Assembly: GCA_964434255.1 (NCBI GenBank)
Contig: CAYSUL010000001.1
Location: 181,695 to 245,694, forward strand
DNA: 64,000 bases
Source of the DNA: an uncultured Candidatus Saccharibacteria bacterium
Lineage (GTDB): Bacteria; Patescibacteriota; Minisyncoccia; Phycocordibacterales; Phycocordibacteraceae
Direction: 5' to 3'
Under the pieces are notes generated by a model, which was given only the letters and a program-made list of their open reading frames with translations, had not been told where the DNA came from and made no database searches. Shown here piece by piece: positions 58,371 to 64,000 of this stretch. Position numbers and translations under genes: made by a program. Within the stretch, counting starts at the first letter, position 1, and the number at the start of each line of letters is the position of its first letter.

Positions 58371-58910
58371 GGAATGGGCTGTTCCACGTGAAAAGCGCCT
58401 GTATAAAAGGCTAAAAGCACTACCGGAGTAGTGCTTTTAGCTTGTGCTTATTATAAACATTTCACGTGAAAACTCTATGAAATAAGAAAGAGCCTCGTTT
58501 TTAGCGCGGAAACAAGGTTTCTAGGCTAAAGACGAGGCTCTTTATTTGTGGCTACTTTGCGACCCGGGGTGTAGGACCTAAATGGGGCTTGGGGCTTTGT
58601 GGTTGGCCTACTGGAGGAAAACGGGGGCCGCATTTGGCATGATGATCGAAAGAACTGCGCTTTCACGTGGAACCGGACCGGACCCAGTATTTATCAGGAG
58701 ATACGCTCCGAAGACGGTGGAAGGGCCAGAACGCAACGTTATGCGCCTAACCTGGAAAGAGCTCGCAAGGAACAGCCGAAGCGCGGAAGAGTCCGCGTAT
58801 CATGGCATGATCCGCGAGCCCCTCCACGTCCTCAAGTAATAGTAGGTTATGTCTAGGACAGAGTAAAGGACACTATCCGCAGATGTGTGTATAACTATGT
58901 CTCTTATGTC

Positions 58911-59705
58911 CTATAGGACAATGGAGATGGGGCAGTGGTCGGAGCCCATAACCTGAGGGTGGATGTCCGCTTCTTTTATATGCTTCTTGAAGCTCTTCGA
59001 GACGAAGAGATAATCTATACGCCACCCCACATTCCGTTCGCGAGCTCCTCCGAAATTGCTCCACCATGTGTAGAGTCCATTCCCTTGCTTGAACATGCGA
59101 AGCGTATCGACGAATTCAGCGGCCAATATCTGGTCGATGCCTTCCCGCTCTTCGGCAGTAAAGCCTTTCATTCCCTCGTTCTCCTTGGGACGGGCGAGAT
59201 CATCTGCCGTATGCGCAACGTTCAAATCACCGCCAAAAATAACAGGCTTCTCCTCTTCAAGCCGCTTCATATACTCCAGAAACGCTGGATCCCAGTGCTT
59301 GTGGCGAAGCCCTAAACGGGACAAATCATCCTTGGCGTTCGGGGTATATACAGAAACTACATAGAAATCGTGCATATCTGCCGCGACAATTCGGCCTTCC
59401 TGATTAGGGTCACCGTAGCCATCGTCCGCGAGACCATGCTTTTCTGCGATGTCTTCAGGCATGCCGAAGATCACATCGTTCGGGGTCATTTTGGTGAATA
59501 TGGCCGTTCCGCTATATCCTTTGCGACCTTTCGAGGAGCTCCAGAATTCTTCGTAGTCAAGGAGGTCGAGAGGGGATTGCTCCTGCTCTGCCTTGGTCTC
59601 CTGGAGAAGGAGTATGTCCGGCTTGTACTTCTTAATGAAGGGCATGAACTCGTCCTTTCTATGGACGGCCCGTATCCCGTTCACATTCCAAGACATGATG
59701 CGCAT
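58911..59705 (-). CDS. xth: exodeoxyribonuclease III (AP endonuclease)
   Basis: 264 aa. MRIMSWNVNG, LQETK and SDHCP motifs. Confidence 0.92.
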   Translation of the reverse strand: MRIMSWNVNGIRAVHRKDEFMPFIKKYKPDILLLQETKAEQEQSPLDLLDYEEFWSSSKGRKGYSGTAIFTKMTPNDVIFGMPEDIAEKHGLADDGYGDPNQEGRIVAADMHDFYVVSVYTPNAKDDLSRLGLRHKHWDPAFLEYMKRLEEEKPVIFGGDLNVAHTADDLARPKENEGMKGFTAEEREGIDQILAAEFVDTLRMFKQGNGLYTWWSNFGGARERNVGWRIDYLFVSKSFKKHIKEADIHPQVMGSDHCPISIVL

Positions 59706-59722
59706 GTGCGCATTCTAGCAAA

Positions 59723-60628
59723 CTACCTCTGTTTCGAATGGAATTTCTTGTGCACCTCGCGAAGATGCGCATCGGTCACGTGCGTATATATCTGGGTGGT
59801 GTTGATAGAGGCATGCCCTAGAAGGGCCTGAACACTGCGTAAATCGGCCCCGTTAGAGAGTAGGTCAGTAGCGAAGGAGTGGCGAAGGACGTGAGGAGTG
59901 ACCTTCTTGGTTATACCGGCCTTAGCGGCATAGAACTTCATGGTGCGCTCGACCGAGCGGGGAGTGAGGCGTGACGGCGTCTTCTTACTATCCTTCCCGA
60001 CCTTCGGAATGTTCACGAAGAGTGCTTCTTCCATGTCCTTACGGGCCTTCATGTAAGCGCGCGCTGCGTCCTTCGCGGCAGGGGACAGGAATACGACCCG
60101 TACCTTGTCACCCTTTCCGCGCACAGAGAGATCATCCCGCGACAGGTCGATATCGGAGTTGAGAGCGCAGAGCTCGGAAACGCGCAGGCCTGTAGAGAAC
60201 AGCATTTCCATGATCGCCTTGTCACGGAGCGCCTTCTCGCTATCTCCATCGGTAGCACTAATCAATCGCTCAAGCTCGGCGCTTGAAATAAGGTCTATCT
60301 GACGCTCGGGAAGCTTCGCCAGCTCTATACGCTCAGGATTAAGGCCATCGATTCCTCGTTTCCTAAGATATTTAAGGAATGCGCGCAGCGCGATGAGGTA
60401 GTAATTCTGCGTGCGACGCTTCATTGTGCCTGCAGTACCGGGCTGACGGTTGAGCCAGAGCCTGAATTCCCGGATTTTGTCCTCAGTTATGTCAGGAATC
60501 TCCTTTATCTCCATCTGAGTAAAGAAACGGTCGAGATAATGTTCATAATTCTCGACCGTTTTGATCGCGCGACCGCGCTCGATCTCGGTATATTCGAGGA
60601 ACTGGCGGAGCATAGAGCGAGCATCCAT
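59723..60628 (-). CDS. tyrosine site-specific recombinase XerC/XerD family
   Basis: Start at MDARSMLRQFLEY. R...HxxR...Y catalytic residues (LRHSFATDLL, LGHASINTTQIYTHV). Confidence 0.85.
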   Translation of the reverse strand: MDARSMLRQFLEYTEIERGRAIKTVENYEHYLDRFFTQMEIKEIPDITEDKIREFRLWLNRQPGTAGTMKRRTQNYYLIALRAFLKYLRKRGIDGLNPERIELAKLPERQIDLISSAELERLISATDGDSEKALRDKAIMEMLFSTGLRVSELCALNSDIDLSRDDLSVRGKGDKVRVVFLSPAAKDAARAYMKARKDMEEALFVNIPKVGKDSKKTPSRLTPRSVERTMKFYAAKAGITKKVTPHVLRHSFATDLLSNGADLRSVQALLGHASINTTQIYTHVTDAHLREVHKKFHSKQR

Positions 60629-60731
60629 GTGGGCAGTGTAGCATCCGTAACGTCGTAAAATCTTGGCAGGGGAGACCGTCCGCACCCCACAACACTTGCG
60701 CTTTTAATCAAGATGTGGTAAGGTAGGGCTA

Positions 60732-60998
60732 ATGCTAACGAAACGCGTGAAGACGGCCGTTATTAAAGAAACGGCAGTGCATCCTACTGATACCGGCTCA
60801 GCTCCGGTCCAGGTGGCTATCCTTACCCGCAAGATTGAGGAGCTTACCGCCCACCTCAAGAAGAACAAGAAGGATTTCCACTCTCGCCGTGGCCTTCTCC
60901 AGATGGTCGCTGACCGTCGCGCGCATCTTCGCTACCTCGAAAAGAACAATAAGCGCGGCTACAACGCACTTATCAAGAAGCTTGGTTTGAAGAAGTAG
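60732..60998 (+). CDS. rpsO: 30S ribosomal protein S15
   Basis: 88 aa. [12 protein letters not shown]...[16 protein letters not shown] pattern. Confidence 0.93.
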   Translation: MLTKRVKTAVIKETAVHPTDTGSAPVQVAILTRKIEELTAHLKKNKKDFHSRRGLLQMVADRRAHLRYLEKNNKRGYNALIKKLGLKK

Positions 60999-61148
60999 GA
61001 CTCGCGGGCACACAAGCCCGCGATTCTCGTTTCATAAGCAGGTGCTAGACTATATATGACGTAGCCGGTGGCTACCATCATTTTAATGAATCAGGGGAGT
61101 GAGGGTTATTTTCAATACAACCTGCTTCCTATCTAATTACATACCGTT

Positions 61149-61661
61149 ATGGCCGTGATAAAACATCCGGCGCAGCGTGTGGGGGTTTTCATAGATACCC
61201 AGAATCTCTACCACAGCGCCAAGCATCTTTATAAATCCCGCGTTAATTTCGCCAATGTCCTCGCCGAGGCAGTGGGCGACCGCGTCCTCGTGCGTGCCAT
61301 CGCCTACGTCATTTCGACCGAAGGCGGGGAAGAAGGCGCGTTCTTCGACGCTCTCACCAAGATAGGCATCGAAACGAAGACCAAGGGCCTCCAGATATTC
61401 TCTGACGGCGCCAAGAAGGCTGACTGGGACGTCGGTATCGCTATCGATGCCGTGAAGCTCGCGCCGAAGCTCGACACCATCATCCTCGCGACCGGAGACG
61501 GCGATTTCGTGCCGCTCATCGAATACCTCGATATGAACGAAGGCTGCCAGGTGGAGGTCATCTCCTTCGGCAAATCATCATCGCAGAAATTGAAGGAGGC
61601 CGCGCATGCGTTCACCGACATGTGCGAGAACCCGAAGAAGTTCATCATCGGGCATCGCTAA
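61149..61661 (+). CDS. NYN-domain (LabA-like) protein
   Basis: 170 aa. GVFIDTQNLY and ATGDGDF motifs. Confidence 0.7.
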   Translation: MAVIKHPAQRVGVFIDTQNLYHSAKHLYKSRVNFANVLAEAVGDRVLVRAIAYVISTEGGEEGAFFDALTKIGIETKTKGLQIFSDGAKKADWDVGIAIDAVKLAPKLDTIILATGDGDFVPLIEYLDMNEGCQVEVISFGKSSSQKLKEAAHAFTDMCENPKKFIIGHR

Positions 61662-61736
61662 GAGTGTCTGATGTGCGAGAAACCCCAGAGACGGAAGCGT
61701 CTCGGGGGTTTCTCCGGTTATACTTTGGAATAACGC

Positions 61737-63035
61737 ATGAGCGATAGCATTCAAAATCCTCAGGAAGATAAATCGAAATACATCCGCACGTATGCGAAAG
61801 ATGTTGCAGCGCTCTCAGGAGGGCAGGGGACGAAGGCTGCACCGCCTCGTCCAGATCCAGTACCCGTCGCTCCGCCTCCGGCGCCTGTACTGCGAATGCC
61901 GCAAGCCTCAAAAGAAGTAGCGGAAACATACCGCGAGCCTATAGCACCACCTACTGATACCGATCGCGAAGAATTATTCGCGCGCCTCAAGAAGAAGGTG
62001 AGCGAGAGCGCCCAGATGGAGATAGCTACGCCGCCGCCGATACCCACTCCCGAACCAGTAGCGCGTCCGGAACCATTATTCGAACCCGTGGCGCAACCGG
62101 CACCAGCTCCCATTCCGCCCGTCGTACGTGTCGAGGAAACGCCTTCGCGCATACATACGTATAAGAGTGATTTCGCCGACCATATCGATGACCGCGGCGC
62201 TTCTTCCTTCTCGGTATTGGCGGCCCAACAGGATGCGAAGCGAGCAACGCTTCCGTCCGTTCCGAAGAAGCGGAACCTTGTCTTTGCAGTTAGCGGCATC
62301 CTCCTGATCGTCCTTGGCGGAGTCGGGGTTGCGACGGCCGCCTGGTACGTTATGCGGTTGAATACGCTTCCACCGTCAGGGGTAGTGGTTCCGTCGCTCG
62401 TATTCGCGGATGAGCAAGTGAAACTCCGGGGAAGCGGAAACGACCTCATCCAACAAATCGCCGACCTTGCGAATGAACCGCTCCCAGAAGGGAACGTCAT
62501 CATCACCTATCTCTCTGAGTCGACCACGACATCCAAGGGAGAGGTGAGGGAGGTTCCGCTTTCAGGCGGCACGCTCATCGCAGCGATGAAGCTTCCAGCC
62601 CCCGATATCCTGCTCCGCAATATCGCCCCGTTCAGTACGGTGGGGGTACTGTCAGCGGGAGGGGAGACACGTCCGTTCTTCATATTCCGCGTCACTTCGT
62701 ATGAACGCACCTTCGCTGGCATGCTTGCGTGGGAGGTAAGCATGGGTCGTGACCTCGCAGTGTTATACCCGGCTCGCGGAGCAGGGAATCTCCTTCCGGT
62801 AGGAACCCAAGCGCCTATCGGGACCTCGACCCCGCAGGCCGTAGAGCCGGTTCGGGCGAATACCCAGTTCGAGGACGCAATCGTCCAAAGCCATGATGTA
62901 CGGCTGCTACGGGACACCGCAGGCAATACGCTTATGCTCTATGGATATGTAGATAAGGAGACGCTCATCCTCGCCCGCGACGAGGCAGCGTATACGCACC
63001 TCCTTACACGACTGGCCGCGAGCCGGACGCGCTAG
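61737..63035 (+). CDS. hypothetical bitopic membrane protein with Pro-rich N-terminal region
   Basis: 432 aa. PxP-rich cytoplasmic part, central TM (LVFAVSGILLIVLGGVGVATAAWYV), then C-terminal domain. Confidence 0.5.
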   Translation: MSDSIQNPQEDKSKYIRTYAKDVAALSGGQGTKAAPPRPDPVPVAPPPAPVLRMPQASKEVAETYREPIAPPTDTDREELFARLKKKVSESAQMEIATPPPIPTPEPVARPEPLFEPVAQPAPAPIPPVVRVEETPSRIHTYKSDFADHIDDRGASSFSVLAAQQDAKRATLPSVPKKRNLVFAVSGILLIVLGGVGVATAAWYVMRLNTLPPSGVVVPSLVFADEQVKLRGSGNDLIQQIADLANEPLPEGNVIITYLSESTTTSKGEVREVPLSGGTLIAAMKLPAPDILLRNIAPFSTVGVLSAGGETRPFFIFRVTSYERTFAGMLAWEVSMGRDLAVLYPARGAGNLLPVGTQAPIGTSTPQAVEPVRANTQFEDAIVQSHDVRLLRDTAGNTLMLYGYVDKETLILARDEAAYTHLLTRLAASRTR

Positions 63036-63066
63036 CCCACTTTCTGGGTGTGGTAAAGTACGCAGC

Positions 63067-63420
63067 ATGAATATAGAACACTTCAAGGAGCGCCTCATGA
63101 GCGAGAAGCAGACGCTCGAAGCCGAACTTGCAACCGTAGGACGCCGTAACCCTTCTAATCCTGCCGATTGGGAGCCAATCCCGCAGGAGGTGGGGCAGGA
63201 GTCCGATCCGAACGACCAAGCTGACCTTATGGAAGGTCTCGGGGAGAACGCTGCCATACTTACCGACCTTGAGAACCGCTACAACGACGTCCTCGCAGCG
63301 CTCGCGCGCATCGAGGATGGCACGTATGGCGTCTGCGTCGTCAGCGGCGAGCAGATAGAGGAGGATCGCCTTGAAGCGGAACCCGCAGCCAAAACCTGCA
63401 AAGCTCATCTCAATAACTAA
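63067..63420 (+). CDS. DksA/TraR-family C4 zinc-finger protein (YteA-like)
   Basis: 117 aa. N-terminal coiled coil; C-terminal DGTYGVCVVSGEQI followed ~20 aa later by the second C pair. Confidence 0.7.
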   Translation: MNIEHFKERLMSEKQTLEAELATVGRRNPSNPADWEPIPQEVGQESDPNDQADLMEGLGENAAILTDLENRYNDVLAALARIEDGTYGVCVVSGEQIEEDRLEAEPAAKTCKAHLNN

Positions 63421-63427
63421 TACCTAT

Positions 63428-64000
63428 ATGACTCTCTCTATAAAAGAATGCCTCCGCTTCGGCTGGACCACATTCAAGGCTAATCCCTGGATATTCGTCG
63501 GCGCTGTCCTCGTCGGCCTCGCAGTCGAACTCGTTGGCTCGGGCGTGCAGAAGGCGCTCGAGTTCGATGGCGAATCCATCCTATCGCTTCTTGAGCTCGT
63601 AGGAGTACTCATATCGCTCGGGCTTTCCATGCTCTATGCGCTCGGGCATACGCACTTCTTCCTTAGGGCGCACAGTGATGCGAAAGGCGTGATGCTCCGT
63701 GACCTCTGGTACCCGAACCGCTTCTGGCGCTTCTTCGGTACTTCCATCCTTCTTTGGGTGATCGTAGGCATCGGTATCCTGCTTCTCATCGTTCCGGGCG
63801 TGATCGCGGCTATCGTCTTCTCGTTCGCGCTCTATCTCGTGGTGGATAAGGGCCTCGCCCCTGTCGAAGCACTGAAGGAGAGTGCTCGTCTCACCAAGGG
63901 CAACCGATGGAGGATACTCCTTCTTATGCTCGCGGTAGTGGGAATCAACCTTCTCGGACTTATCGCGCTCTTCGTGGGTCTTCTCGTAACCATTCCGGTT
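63428..64000 (+). CDS. polytopic membrane protein, N-terminal part only (runs off window; DUF975/YciC-like, inference)
   Basis: Open frame from the ATG at 63428 to the window end. At least 4 TM helices. Not in the ORF track because no stop lies in the window. Confidence 0.45.
   Translation, partial: MTLSIKECLRFGWTTFKANPWIFVGAVLVGLAVELVGSGVQKALEFDGESILSLLELVGVLISLGLSMLYALGHTHFFLRAHSDAKGVMLRDLWYPNRFWRFFGTSILLWVIVGIGILLLIVPGVIAAIVFSFALYLVVDKGLAPVEALKESARLTKGNRWRILLLMLAVVGINLLGLIALFVGLLVTIPV

Noticed and set aside
58582-58856. Two overlapping 85-aa plus-strand ORFs in the cca-xth intergenic region
   Set aside because: Trp/Arg-rich products, no Shine-Dalgarno sequence, and overlap with palindromic sites. 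More likely non-coding regulatory sequence.
58371-58910. tmRNA, RNase P RNA or SRP RNA in the non-coding stretch
   Set aside because: I could not find the conserved motifs of these RNAs (tmRNA tRNA-like ends, the P4 region of RNase P RNA, SRP domain IV). An unidentified ncRNA remains possible; see findings.

Overview
High-GC (~60%) bacterial window with ~53 coding genes per 64 kb. The gene content suggests a reduced, possibly CPR/Parcubacteria-like genome; this is inference only. Content on the minus strand: the 5' half holds the str operon (rpsL-rpsG-fusA-tuf) and the S10/spc ribosomal-protein block (rpsJ-rplC-rplD-rplW-rplB-rpsS-rplV-rpsC-rplP-rpmC-rpsQ-rplN-rplX-rplE). Gene order is canonical, but every conserved junction (rpsG|fusA, fusA|tuf, rpsJ|rplC, rplB|rpsS, and after rplE) is interrupted by short lineage-specific genes, each with its own Rho-independent terminator. 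Downstream are: a ~3 kb low-GC island (membrane protein plus an 876-aa secreted LCAT/PGAP1-like alpha/beta hydrolase); a protein with three tandem LuxR-type HTH repeats; a split ComEC (competence-domain protein and MBL-domain protein as separate genes); housekeeping genes (sod, two NUDIX, rnhA, recJ, HIT, pgk, NADAR, tpiA, nusA, ppa, clpP, rny, hup, rarA, cca, xth, xerC/D-like, rpsO, DksA/TraR); a type IV pilus cluster (pilB, pilC, three large pseudopilins, a separate pilin); and four tRNAs (Gly-UCC, Pro-UGG, Gly-GCC, Arg-UCG). The most unusual structure is a 1.6 kb low-GC insert inside the pilus cluster at 41.5-42.8 kb. It carries three unrelated small ORFs, each under a near-identical promoter cassette (GCTGG-N5-6-GGGAYGATRTTGGAAC with a sigma70-like -10) and each with its own terminator. 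Other repeated cis elements are a 21-22 nt DnaA-box-like motif upstream of both island genes, five copies of the palindrome TTTCACGTGAAA around the cca 3' end, and a 14-bp palindrome at the xth stop. No CRISPR array, transposase or reverse transcriptase was seen. The provided ORF-track coordinates were checked by frame arithmetic against the sequence; internal start codons are my proposals. Many antisense ORFs in the track are GC-driven artefacts and are not reported.
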